From positions 1,922,001-1,986,000 of the forward strand of contig CM039002.1 in assembly GCA_017499595.2 (NCBI GenBank): DNA of 64,000 bases. The letters run 5' to 3'. A program made the translations under genes and the position numbers. A model generated the notes under the pieces. It had not been told where the DNA came from. It was given only the letters and a program-made list of their open reading frames with translations, and did no database searches. Positions 24,101-37,144 of this stretch are shown here, piece by piece. Each line of letters begins with the position of its first letter. The stretch's first letter is position 1. The stretch comes from Psilocybe cubensis. Lineage: Eukaryota.

Positions 24101-26592
24101 TCAATTCCCTCCACCAATTCTCAAAATGTCGGCTGCCTGCAGAACAATCAGAGTTTATCTATGGGCAACAATGATAGCTGTACCTTCTCTGCGATAGCAT
24201 AGGCCGCGGACTGGATATGGCAAGAAAGTTGCTTGAAAGGGGATCGCCATCCATAAGTCTTGGGAAAGCGATTACATAGCTTGAGAGGCAGGCTCACCAT
24301 CGGCAATATCGACACATCCGCCTGTCCGATGCAAAATTTGTATAATTTGGATGGCTGTCAGGAAAGGAGCACTCACCACCCGTAGATTTCTTGTTCCATA
24401 AACTCTCAGCTCACTGTCGACCACTCCCCCGTCTTCTTTCGGAAGCATTGCTGCTGTCCCCAGTGGGTGATAAGTCGTGGCAATGGATTCTCTTATCCAC
24501 TCTCTCAACTTGTCGGGGTCATCCAAAATCTCTTGGTCTGGCACGACCCTTCCTTTCACACTTTCACCGAATGAACCTGTAGTTGCTATACGAGCGGAAA
24601 ATTCGACAGCCTTCTCCAGGATTTTGAGATCGGTCGGATGTGCCAGGTAATTAGGATTTATAGCTGGAGGTACCAGTGGGTCTGCAGATGACAGATGAAC
24701 GGATCCACGAGACAAGGGATGCATCACGACATGCACAAAAGAAGCGTAACGTTTTCCAGGTGTTGGAATGCCCGATACTCGCCTATGGTATCCATTCTGA
24801 TAGATAATTCTGCATTTGGCGTCAGTGTGCAACTTGATAAAGGAGAATATGTCAATATACTCGGCCTGTGAGACCTCTTCACCAGCAAACCACTCCTTCT
24901 GCAAGCTGTATTGCTTATTCAGCCCACGACACAGTGTGGAATCGGTTGGCTCATGTAAACTTTTGAACGATACAGCATCACCCGCAAGATTCAAATGCCT
25001 TCTCGAAAGGAAGGAAAACCCCATGGACGCAATGGAGGAAAGTAAACCCTTTCGTTGTTTGCTGGACAGCAGAGAGTTTAGCCCGCAATTGCGAAGACAA
25101 AACTAAACATACTATAGCTCTGTGTGCAATTCCAGGGCATTCGGATCTCCCATTATATCCATCGTTTCGTACTTGGAATCAATTTCCACTGTTGTTGCCA
25201 CACTGGGATGTTCATCTACGAATTATCAGTTGAAAGCCCGAACTTAAAGGCGAAAAAATTTTACGCAAGTTTTCGCCAACCCCTGGAAGATGTATCAGCG
25301 TCTCGATGCCGTGTTTCGCGAGAACTGATCGGTCTCCGATGCCAGACAGCTCAAGTAAGTGTGGCGTCTGGAATGCACCTGGACAAGGTCGTCAGCATGG
25401 GGAATATTCCCAACGCCATGTAATGACAAGCTGACCAGCGGAGACAACGACATCCTTTTTCACGCCTTTTATAACGTTTTGCTTTCCTCCATGTACAAAT
25501 TCTACGCCTATGGCGGTTTGTTCGCCTTGGGGACTACCTTCAAGTAGAATCTGTGCAATATGGTCATTGTTTACGTCAATATCAACTTGGTTTTGCCCGT
25601 GGTTGTGCATACAACCTTGGTGACCTGGGCATTTGTCAAAACCAGAAGATTTGGGCGGTTTTGAATGGGGAGGAAATACGCAGTGAATGCAGAAGAGCGT
25701 TGAGCGCTCCGAGGGTCCACGGACGTGAAACATGTCGTTGATCCAACATTAGAGCCATCTCCCTAAAACAAAATCCGGTGGTAAAGTGGAAAGGCGCAGA
25801 AACCAATTTGACAGCGTACATGGCTTTCATTTCTCGGGACTCCTAACGCTTCAACGGCGTCGAAGAAAAACTTATTCTGTGGAGGTATGTTTAGAGGGAG
25901 TGATTTTTGTAACGGTCCTTTGGGAAAAATATTCAGGAACATGGTTGAAAGTGCAGATGGGAAACGTGGAAAGCACCATCAACACCATGATATTTCTCTT
26001 TTGGATTCGCAGCATAAATTTTCGCGTCTTCTGGAGACAGTCTGCTGGGAAATGTATTCTCTCCTTTCTTCATGTACCCAAGGAGATTTTCCCAGTTCCA
26101 TCCTTTGTTCCCGAGGCCTTCTAGAGCATCGTATTCTGCTCTGGAGGGACGGAACAATCCCATGAAATTGATCTATAACGACGCGTTCAGACATCGACAT
26201 CAATATGGCAAGGGTGGCCATTGAGCTATTACATACAATTGAGGTACCCCCCAACCCCTTGCCTCTTGGTTGAAGCACTGTACGACCCTTTGCATGTGCC
26301 TGCGGAACTGAGAGAAATGCCCAGTCGTATGTCGGATCTCCGATAATCCTGCCCATAAATCCAGGGACTGTGATCTCGGGAATATCAGCGGGCACACCAC
26401 CCGCTTCAATGACACCAACAACTAGATTTTCATCTTCACTTAACCTGCACGGATTAAGTATGAGGTTGTGGTGGTATCCATGGATATCGATATAACATAC
26501 CTTGATGCTAGAGCTAGTCCACATGTCCCTCCACCCAGGATAAGATAGTCGAACGAAACTGAGTGGAATTTCTCGATAGAAACGATAGGCAT
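24101..26592 (-). CDS. GMC oxidoreductase (CAZy AA3), no obvious signal peptide
   Basis: [96 protein letters not shown]. Both catalytic His positions are present. Confidence 0.93.
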
Positions 26593-27762
26593 AGTGGCCT
26601 TCGTTTTCACAATGCTATGGTGAAACGTGAAGATACAAAATCAGTTTAGAAAGACCTATCTTGGACGGAAAGGTCTTATCTCTTTGTGCGAGAATGTTCT
26701 GGTTAATATTATACAGGATATACCCACGAATGAGTCGTCGAAAATGGCCACACGTCTTGCAACTTGAGCCATATTTTTTCAAATCACTACAACCATTTTT
26801 AGCAATTGTCGGTTTTCGCGCGAGTCGCTACTTGGAAAGGCTGATGGATTGACAGTTGTCAAGTTATTTCTAACTAAATTATCCTATGATTGGGACTGTT
26901 TTCGAAGTGGAGACTGTTTGTTTGAGTTATTCCTCATTCCATAACTTGGTTCTGCACATTGCTTGCTAAGGCCCTGAAAGCCAACATGCTTATTTCCTAA
27001 TGTTCTAAGGAATACCTGGCTAGTATACCTTCTATAAGCCAGCCTCTGCCCAACTTGACCTGGAAAGACCTGTAGGTCATCTATCAGTCTTCTCGGTCCT
27101 CGAGATTTTTAAAGGCCATGGGTGATACCCAGAGACCAAGATCGAAAATCTGCCACTTTGGTCTCGCCGGCACGATTCTTCCACCTGAGCAACGCCAAAT
27201 CGATGGTCGTAATTTAATACCCACTTCCGAGCTCGCCATGAGGAGGCTAGATTGGTGTTTGCGCTCTTCAATGCAATTCTTTGGGTTGGCGTCTCTGCGC
27301 CCCTGATGATTTACTAAAGGAGTCATGAGGAATGAATGCAGTGTTTCGTACGTCACAGTGTATCTTTAGTTGTTCAGTGCTAGTGATTTCAAGTCAACTC
27401 GTGGAGCTCACACTGGCATGGCTAGCCTTGTTTTACATAATAGGATTATTTGTGAGTGCTTGTGAATGTTTGATCGAGATACTTCTTGTTGACAACTTTC
27501 ACAACTTCCATTTTGACCAGGAATAGTATCGGCCAAGCCAGTGGATTTTCAACGGCCCTCACGTCCAATCCGCATTGAAGCACCACCCCGTTCATGTTTA
27601 CTCTTTCGGAATCTTAGATCGAATTCGAATTGGTAACGTCTGTCTCGCTGACCCTCGTCTCTGCTCCAAGCTTGCTTTCAGCATTCCATACGTGCGAGAA
27701 CTTGTCGATTGACAAGTGCTACTCAAATATGAGAAGACTCAGCGTCCCGAAACTTAGAGTCA

Positions 27763-29632
27763 ATGCTGCAAAGAAACATGGTGAATTTTACCAATAAAAT
27801 GTACAGACCCAGGGTTGAAATTGACTGTTTTTCAGAGGACAATGGCGCGCCCCAGACTTTCAGTAATATACAGCATGTTGCTGGCTTTCCGAATTTAATC
27901 GAACCTCGCGTACATAACGCTTCAGACATATATTGCCGTACTCTTTCGATGTCAGGCAACGGATTTCCATCGTGGATTGGCTACAGACTACGATTAGCAC
28001 CTCCATATTCCAAGCGAACCGTTGAGGTGGGAGATGTTGGATATATGAATCAGTGCGGCAATTTCGTATTTGTATTCAATCTTTTTCTCCCGAGCAACGA
28101 TCCTTTGAACCAGTTGTTCCCAAAGGAGCTGCCGGAGGGCTACTTTCCACTGGATCCTCCCACCAACAACGAGATTTTAAGAATACCTGATTATTTTGCA
28201 CCAGGATCTGTTATTGCAAGTAATGGTGTGGATGTCACTCGGGTCTCCGAGTCTCCCCTGTACGTCTGGAGTTGTACACATCTCACTCAGACTGATGTTT
28301 GCGACAGTCATCTCAAATTCAGGTCTTCGGAGCCAGAAGCAGCCGTACTCATTTTGCCAGATGGCGCTAGCAGAGAAGACTTGGAGATATCTCGCCTACA
28401 GGAATACCTAAAATCGCATGCTGAAAGTTGGATACAATACTTTAACGAGGGAAAACTGCCGTATTGTATTCCTAACGGTGATATCTATATCATCACAGGA
28501 TGCGATAAAGCGCCTTCGTTTTCCACAGCAATCTTTCCTCGCAGAGGCTTCCTAGGGAGCAGGCGCACATCTTTTGAATTCTCAAATAATTACATGCAAC
28601 CTGGAACTCAGTCAGGCGTCCACTCTTATGAGAGGATCCGCGACGGGCCTGATGATCAACAATATTGTTTGTTTATACGTGGAATCAGGCTAGCATCTTC
28701 CGACTTTGAGTGGAACATGCAAGTCAACCACTTCCTCCCGGAAGATACCCCCGTTTCTTCATTGCCTTCAACCCCACCTATATCAGACCACATAAACCCT
28801 CCAAAAACAGACAACGAAGAACCTCTTTACCATGAAACTGTTGTCAATAACCAAGGACTGGGTCACACTACCAACAGGGACGGCAGCGACTGCAGTACCG
28901 ATAACGATAATAATGAAGGTAGCAGTAAAAGTGATGATAGCGACAGTTCCTCGGATGACGAACATGAGGTTCGAGTGCGTAATGTGAGTGATAATCAAAT
29001 AACTTCCTGTAACCACTTCTGACAACGCTTAGTATCCATTCCATCCATCAGATCTCATTCTTCAGATCATGCTTTCTAGGGTATGCATCATCAGGGTTCC
29101 ACATTTGTCCTGAACTAACCTTTGCATCTACAGCATCCAGATGCTAAGCTGGCTCTGGTTGATGATTATATATGGTCACGATTTGCAAAAGTTGATCAGA
29201 ATGTCGGACTTCGTGAGCTCTCCAGGGCACCGTTAATTTCTAGATGTATGCAAAATAGCTTTATTTCTGATTGGGGCGCTATGATAGAAGCCATCTTCAA
29301 GTCCTACATCATTGTCGAAACTGACGGTGTGTTGCCTGCGCCTTCTTATATGCTCTGAAATAGTGTTGATAAGGAAGGGTTCAGGGATTTTGAATCTTAT
29401 CCCAAAACAAAACAAAAAAAGTCGTTTGGTGTGTACAATGAAATTTAGTGTGCAGGATATTCTTTCATGTTTCCTCCAGACTTTATTGTTTCACATTTTA
29501 CGAAAGAAATTTGGGCCAAAGCATTCACCTATAGAACAGGATGCTTGGGCTACTGACCTAATTGAATGCCTGGTTCGACAAGGTGAAAAAATCAAGGGAC
29601 AGGACGAGAAATTTAACATTAACTACATGTAA
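27763..29632 (+). CDS. Hypothetical basidiomycete protein, candidate gasdermin-like pore-forming domain (start and 3' end uncertain)
   Basis: Long ORF with motifs GFPSW...VEVGDVGY...FVFVFNL, AVLILPDGASREDL, NGDIYIITGCDK and YCLFIRGIRL, an acidic linker, then spliced FHPSDLIL...HPDAKLALVDDYIW. In-frame intron at 28260-28307. The fold assignment is inference. Confidence 0.6.
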
Positions 29633-31587
29633 TCCACTGACTCAACGTGACTTGGAGAAAGTATAATACATTCCCTACTTTCAAAGAGCAATGATTTCAT
29701 CAACTCCAAAGCATGGAAACTTCCTGTTAACTTCGTCTTCTTCATGTAACGGCAGGATTCAAAGCCTAATTATAAGTTATGTACGGATTCTAGTAGTTGG
29801 ACAAAATTAAACAGTCACCACAAGGCATCGGGGTTGTGGGTCCTTTCTTTCATTCTTCTCTTCGAACATTTCCGTCAATCTGAAGTCAATCTAGTGACAC
29901 ATCATGTCTGCATAAAGTTCGCCGCGTACGGTGCCCACGATGTCAGAATCAAAGTGCGAAATCAACGTGGGGTCACCGTCCACGTGTTGCTGCAAAATGC
30001 TGTAGGCCTCTCGGACTTGACTATTTCGCTTAAAACACCGATGCTCTATGATTCATAATGTATGGATATTCAAGTCCGTATAAATCCGATGAAACTAAGA
30101 ACTCAAGTAAAATGAAACGAGCTAAGCCTCTTCCGAAGTTAATTCCTATATGGAGTATATGTAAAATTAACACACTTGGTTTATTTGGCAGTATAAATAG
30201 GATTGAAGAAACAGAACGGCGAATGGAACTTTCGAGACAGATTGGTTCAGTATGTTCCCGCCAGTATGTTCTATGATTCCATAGATAAAAACCATTATCA
30301 TGACTTAAATCCCAACTATCTTGAGATTAAAATTTGTTTGTTTTCTTCACAGTCAAACTGAACAGTACCTGGAGATATATTATGGTCTTTGCGTGGCATG
30401 GGTCTATCATTTTATCCGACATTTTCTGTCTTTTTGTGTCGCTCCGGATTGTTAAAGACTTGGGATATGTGTAAAAAAATTTAGAATCTATATGGCTGGA
30501 TGATGGTATTGAGGCATCGTCATTTTTTATCACTTGCATTCGCATACACAAGTGAGTTTACTGACGACGGATATGTGCTAATGGTAGACATACTTACGGC
30601 AGTATGATTTATCTGACAAGATTGTTCCTGTTGCTTCAGTACTTGATTGGTACTTGTTCGGTTGTTTATACAATCACCATACCTTACTTTTGTTTACCGC
30701 GGCGAGCAGGAAGTTTGGAATAACAGTTACATATGTGTTGCCTGGGAGGGTAAAATATCATTCGCGAAAATCACGGTAAAGAGGGCAATATTCGTTGCAT
30801 CTTTCAGTGTAAACCCAAGCAGCCGGCAACTTCCGTCTACGAGCCGGCAAGCTCCGACGAGGTGGCAAATTAATTCGTCTGGCACAAAGCAGCCTTCCAC
30901 TGTGCCTTATCCTCCTAATGACTTTGCAGAAGCTTTTGCCTCTCGTCATTCCTTCTGTTCTGGGCAAAGGGGCACCGTTTAGCATGATGACATTTCCCAT
31001 GGACGCTTACAGGCAACTCAGGAACACACTTGAAGAATTGAACGACGATACGGCCAGCGAGATCCAACCGCAAGTGTGATTGCGGTGGAAATGCACTTCT
31101 GATTCTCAGAGTACTACGTAAGACTCTCCAAGAGTTCAAACTTTTGTCTACAGAATCTTTCCTATACCTTTAAAATCTGTCTTATACTTAGCTTTCTAGA
31201 ATCCATGCAGAACTTACATGTTATGTTACCAATGGAGCAACCTGATTATCTGTTTAGTAGAAGACACCTTGGGCATCTCATTGGCTCTTCGTTGACAAAC
31301 CAACCGTCGCCACTACTCTGGATCTCACCAGGCTACTTCGACCCTCACAAAAATGTGATTCCGATCAATCAGCTATACCCGACCTATTTAAAGGCGAATT
31401 AAACGATGGGAAACCGAATTGCGAAGTGCGTAATGGGGCATATATATAAATCTCTTTTCGTCAGCGAAAACGGGTTAGTCGACTTTGCAGAAGCCCCCTT
31501 GATAACAACAGGCTTCTGACCTTCACACTACAGACCTATCTTCCCATTTTCCTCTGTATCGATTGGTCGACCAAGAGAAAGCCGACG

Positions 31588-33185
31588 ATGTCAGAAAGCA
31601 CAATCCCTCCTGACATCGCAAAAAGGTAGGTTTGTCGTCACGTACTTAGGAGATAGTGTCCACTTAGTCCGGATTCTTGTTTCAACTCCACAGTGCGGGG
31701 CCACTGGTACGTTATCAGATACTTTTTGGATGCCGCCACTGTGTACCAAGTATTCCATCCAGCTACTTGGCTATATGTTCAACTGGGGACTATTTGGCGC
31801 CCTTTCGGTCCAGGTTTGTACGTCACTCCATCCATTCTTTTATGTGAATGCCTCTCATTGCAATATTTTATTAGACATGTATTACATGTCATTTCCTAAA
31901 GACAGGCTTTACATGAAATGCCTCGTATACGGGTTGTACCTATTAGAAGTGGCACAGACGGGGATTGTTACCCATGATGCTTTTGATGGGTACGCAAAGG
32001 GATTTGGGAACCTCAAAGCTCTTCACAGTATACACCTCGAATGGCTATGCGTACCAATTTTCAGCGGGATTGGTGAGCCCTTCTATTCCTTACACGTCGT
32101 GCATCACATCTCTGATGTTATCATTACAGTCAGCGGCACAGTTCAGATCTTTTTTGCCTACCGCATCTATTATCTTTCCCGCTCCAAAGCAATAGGTATT
32201 GCTATTTGTGTAGTAAGCGAGGTTCTCCGATAAGCTTGAAGGATACGACTCACACCAGATCAATTAGATAGCGCTTACTGAAGCCACCGCCGCGATCATT
32301 GGGGGAGTGCAAGCAGCCACTGTTGATTTACAAAGACTGCAGAGTGCAGCTTTTGCTAGCACTACGGTGAGCTCGTTTCATCATTGTGATATCTTGTTTT
32401 TGATCAGTCAGATGAGTAGATCTGGCTTGCAGGAAGTGCGGTTTGCGATATCATCATTGCTGGTTGTATGAGCTACTTTGTAAGTAAAGATTTCATTTCA
32501 AATCAGAAAATAGTCCTCAATTGTTTCCATAACATTTTTAGTTGTCGAAAAAGGATACGGCATTTAAGGCTACTCGGACCGTCATCAACAAGCTCATCCG
32601 ACTCACCATCGAAACTGGCACGCTGACTGGTAGGGCTCGCCGAAAATAGTGTTATATTTGTATCACTAAAACTTGCTCCGCCAATCAGCCACGGTCGCGA
32701 CAATTGATATTGTTCTTTTCCTTGCATTTCGGCACAACAACTACCATACCGCACCTGCCACTATTTTGGCGAAGCTATATTCTAATACGCTTCTCATGAT
32801 ATGCAACAGTCGTATGCGAATCGTTGGGGGTCGTGATCCCACGCATTCGACATCAGAGCTTATGGACATGCCTTTGGATGCGACATCAGGGATCGAATTC
32901 AACAAGTTTACGAGATCCGTTGACTTGATTCCTCCCACACAACGACCGAAACCATTCACAATACACACTGATACTTGGGCAGAGAACGATGATACTGATC
33001 AGGTAAGTAATTCTCCGGTATTGAAAGCCAATCTGGTTCTCACCGTAAATCATATTCTGTTTTATTATCAGCGGCATAAGGCTAGTTCTTCATATCTGGC
33101 AGAGGTCACTCCCGATGGCAGAGACACAAAGGTGAATCTTCAAAGTGCACTTGGCAGCAGCAGTCACGATACAGAAAATGCTTAA
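31588..33185 (+). CDS. DUF6534-type basidiomycete multi-pass membrane protein
   Basis: GPLLLGYMFNWGLFGALSVQVYMYY..FPKD, VQIFFAYRI, IWLAGSAVCDIIIA, KLIRLTIETGTLT, LAKLYSNTLL..NSR. Confidence 0.85.
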
Positions 33186-34730
33186 ACCGCCCCCAAAATT
33201 ATTACACCAACTGTACCATCTGCATCCAAGTTGCTTATATGTAAGTAAGTTATAGTATCCGATAGCCTTGTGCTGTATGTAAGTATAAGCGAAGGGGTTG
33301 TAAAATCTGCGCATGTTGCCTAGTAGGCTAGTTATAATAGTAATGGACTCACATGGTCAGCGCCAGCCGTCGGTGGCCACGTCTCCTCCAAATGTTGTTT
33401 TGGCGTTTTGCTGGAACCTACGCCGCATCAAAATCACTTCTTATTCATCGCGGGCTACAACCGATGCCAAATCTGATATCGTTAGCTGTCTTTGCTTGGG
33501 GAATGGAGTGAGCGTGTTGATATCCTATACCAATATTCTCACATGGAAATACAACTCTTCAAAATTTAAATAGTTTCGGCAACAACAATTCAAGTATATA
33601 CTGGTGTTCATTCAATAGTAAGGGTTTTTATCCGGGTATTTTATGAACTTTTCCGAAAGGACTTGATGTGGAGGCTTGCAATCGGCGAAAATGATTTGAA
33701 GTCGGAGTCCCGGAGATGCCTGACTTCAAATTGGACTAGCTTGAGTATGGAATACAGGTTTTTATAAATGGATGGCAGTTTAGTGCATAAAACTATCACA
33801 TTGCGAAGAGAAGATTTGATTTCTGACCAAAGTATCGAAGGAATCACAATCGATGTAAGGTCTGTTTGAAAGAGGAATAAATTTGGTCTGTCTTGCCAAT
33901 GCCCCATTTGCTTTGGCACTCTCCGAACGCCCAGGAACCTAAAGCCCAGGTAACAGTATTTAAACGGTTCACACTGGGGTACAACGCGTTGTCAACAATT
34001 TAAGCAAAGAACCAATCCCGATAATTCAGTTAGAAAAGTAGTTGTTGAGACTTGGCTAAACTATCACATGACTATGAAAAGCGGAACATGATTCCTGTAG
34101 AGGCAGCGTCCTGGCAGCGTCAGTACATATACAACTCACGAGTACTGGCATACAAAGCAAGTTTTCGCCTATGATTTCCCAGGTACGAAGCCTGCAACCC
34201 TAGGCCTGGGCGTCTCGTCTCACATAGGACACCAATAAATGTCATTGACCAATTTCCAGGCCTAGAACTTGGAGGATGATTGAACTATAGCTCAGAGGCA
34301 CCTTGGGGCGATGACTGCGGGAGCAAAGCAGAAGCAGTGAACACAAGTTTAAAAGGTTCCGAATATGGAGAGACAAGACGAATCTGAAACGCGGAGTGGC
34401 ACTTGTGGATGACTAAGGCACAAACGCAGATTTACGGTGCAGTGTGTTATTCGACAAGGACCAACGTTTAAGGGCGCAGATATGCCTCCTGGGAGGTTGA
34501 CAGGGTCGGGTATCCCAGAATGAGGCAAAAGTGAGAAAAGCTGAGAGAGAGCGATAAACGTTGGAGGCTGTAGTAAGCACGCAGTAAACCCGAAAAGGCA
34601 ATGTCGACAAACAAATAGCGAGGAGCGTGCGCACCACACCCCTTTCCTCCCAACCCAACCATCCGACATCAGCTCATCCCTTTCTCAGCATAGTTGCCAC
34701 CACATAGCCAATACTGCGAGACCCTTTGAC

Positions 34731-35816
34731 ATGAAGTATATAGAGATACCATCTCTATCCCATTTGGCCCAGTCGCTCACCCATGAAGGCCCAGAATGTT
34801 CTGTTCACACGCGGATGGAGGCATACAGTTGCAAGAACATCAAGCGCGACAAAAAGCTCTTCAAAGCTCTCGAAAACGCGTACCAGGAAGATGTTTCCAA
34901 TTCCCCTCCCCTGCCCTCGTGGCTTGCCCTCGACCGTGAGGCAGAAATGACTCCATTCGGCCCCATCGACAAGCAAGCATCTCGAAAGACGCTTTATTTG
35001 CTCATTGCCACCCTCAACGTTGCCTTCCCCGACCACGAATTCTCTGATGTCAGGCCCTCTCACTTTGTCAAAGAAAAAGATGGGGCAAACATCCTCAACG
35101 CCCTCAGCAACACACTCTTATCGCCCCAACGGGCAGGCTCAAACGCACCTCGCTCCTATTCATCCTATCCACCGACCTCGCCAGACTTCTTTCCCTCGTC
35201 GGAATCAAGTTCTTCATCACCGTACGATAGGAAAATTCGCAGTCCATTATCACCGCCCGCCATTGAGTCCGGTACTCATCCAACCCTGTTCCGTCTCATT
35301 GACGACGTGATCGGACTATCGGAATGTGAAGTCTTTTCATACACCCCCGAAATCGACTCTGATCCACACGCCAATGATTTCTCTGACGATGAAGATGATG
35401 TCGCCTCCATCGCCGATGAGGCTTCCTCGAGCGACGAAGACGCCACCTTCGAATTCGACAATTATGACATCGATGAGGTCAAACCAAGACAATACAGTGG
35501 TCCCACCAAGATCCCTCCTCCTACGCCACGCGCGGCTATAAACTATTCTGTTTTTGAAGATATTTCGTCACCAATTTTAACGAGTCTGAGATTGAAACGT
35601 CGAGGCGCTCTTCTTTGGTCATCGCATTGGTTCTTCCTGAATCGCAAGATGAAGCGGATCTTGTTTGTATCCGTATGGGCCCGAAGTCGAGGCATAGGTC
35701 GAATGTACACCGGTGATGATGAAGATTACGATGTCTTTACTTCCAACGAACGTTTTCAGGCATGGGAAGGAGGAGTCGGGCTTGGTGCGCGTTCTATTGG
35801 ATTGAATGGACATTGA
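34731..35816 (+). CDS. MAF1: Maf1, repressor of RNA polymerase III (single exon)
   Basis: MKYI..., EAYSCK...DKKLFK, SRKTLYLLIATLNVAFPDHEFS, CEVFSYTP..DSDP, LWSSHWFFLNRKMKRILF. Confidence 0.93.
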   Translation: MKYIEIPSLSHLAQSLTHEGPECSVHTRMEAYSCKNIKRDKKLFKALENAYQEDVSNSPPLPSWLALDREAEMTPFGPIDKQASRKTLYLLIATLNVAFPDHEFSDVRPSHFVKEKDGANILNALSNTLLSPQRAGSNAPRSYSSYPPTSPDFFPSSESSSSSPYDRKIRSPLSPPAIESGTHPTLFRLIDDVIGLSECEVFSYTPEIDSDPHANDFSDDEDDVASIADEASSSDEDATFEFDNYDIDEVKPRQYSGPTKIPPPTPRAAINYSVFEDISSPILTSLRLKRRGALLWSSHWFFLNRKMKRILFVSVWARSRGIGRMYTGDDEDYDVFTSNERFQAWEGGVGLGARSIGLNGH

Positions 35817-36135
35817 ACTTGGGCGGCTTTATGCCTGTGAGTATATGCACGTGTACCGGAAGGGACACGCTTCTCACCTGAATACCACTTATGTTGATAC
35901 CCTACCCTCCCTTATTGCTTCAGCTACTCCTCCATAATCTGCTGAAACCCGGGTTATCCGTGCGTTTCGTCACATAGTTCCTCCTCTTGTACTTCTAGTT
36001 TGGATGCCTCCTGTATTATATGATATTCTCGCTTTCAAGAGAATCGAGCACACTATATCCACACACCTGTAAATAATCTTTTGCTTTCGTTTATCTTCTT
36101 TTTGGCCACCACCATATCATATCTGGTTAATAGAC

Positions 36136-36444
36136 CACCGACTAAATTTTATTCGTCCATTAGTGTCAAAGTTGGTGACATGCTAAACGGCAGAGTCAGT
36201 ATTCTAGAAATGCAGGCGTGTAGTCTGATAGTCGATGGCTAAGCTTTCAGGAATCAGCTGACAATGGATGTTCACGTCGCCTCGAGAGTGGAAGTTTAGC
36301 ACCGATACAAGAGGCGGTGGCTTGGGTATGTCGCCGAGATCCGCATGAACCCTGTGTCAATAGAAGGGGATTCTCCCAAGACCGCAAAGCTGAGGTGCCA
36401 TGGAAGACAGAAAACGGACGAAAACACCTCGGTTGTATCGTGTC
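36136..36444. ncRNA. Candidate structured non-coding RNA element, unassigned
   Basis: Several nested helices in a stretch with no credible ORF (see findings). No known family recognised. Confidence 0.4.
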
Positions 36445-37144
36445 CTCCCCGCCTCTCAGGCAGATGAAATATAGCCAAGAGCAACAAGCGTTCCAGATAT
36501 GAGCAAGAGAGATCCTAAACAGAACAATAAGGTAGGAGAGACCAACGAACAGGAACTAGTATATCATTGAGCACGTCGTGGCCAGAGGAGTGCAGAGAAG
36601 GGAGGGAAATATATTTTTTGTGAGCGAATGCCCAATTTCAAATTGACTCAATCGATGACGGTCATGTGATCGCTTCAGATATCTTGCGCTGATCCGGGCT
36701 TCCTGTCAAGTTCTGCCATGTTCTCCAACTTGAACTCCAACTACTCCGTCCATGAGCGCCGTTTCAAGTTCATTACTTCACCGATTCTACTCAATATCCT
36801 AAAATACTTGAGTATACAACCTATATATTCTTTTTGAGGATGACTGGACTCCTTTATGCCTTTCAAATGTGTTTCTGTCTGTCTGTCATTGGGTACTTCT
36901 CGAACTTGGTGTTGATCATGAAGAGCAATTGAGCGCCTGTTTTTCAAAATTTGTTTTCCTCATGTATAGATCTGGTACCACTTCCGAAGTGGAGTCTGGG
37001 TTGTCTCTCCGAGATGGATTCTTTTGTGTTGTTTCCAGTCATGACGAAACGTCTTTTCCTTCCTTAAAGTCTTTTTAGTGCAGCAGCGCCAACAATTAAT
37101 TTGCGCCCTCCGCGGACATCTTTAGCACATCTTCATGCTCCAAA

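Noticed and set aside
27118-27306. KICHFGLAG resembling the kinase KICDFGLA motif
   Set aside because: Single short match with the Asp missing and no HRD, VAIK or APE motifs; probably chance.
34200-34265. 10-bp inverted repeat CTAGGCCTGG/CCAGGCCTAG upstream of MAF1
   Set aside because: Isolated and partly self-palindromic, with no target-site duplication or second copy to support a MITE.
35895-35960. CCCTACCCT and GGGTTA near the structured element as a telomerase RNA template
   Set aside because: Neither gives the ~1.5 copies of CCCTAA expected for a TTAGGG-type template, and the putative pseudoknot lacks well-placed U-A pairs for triples.
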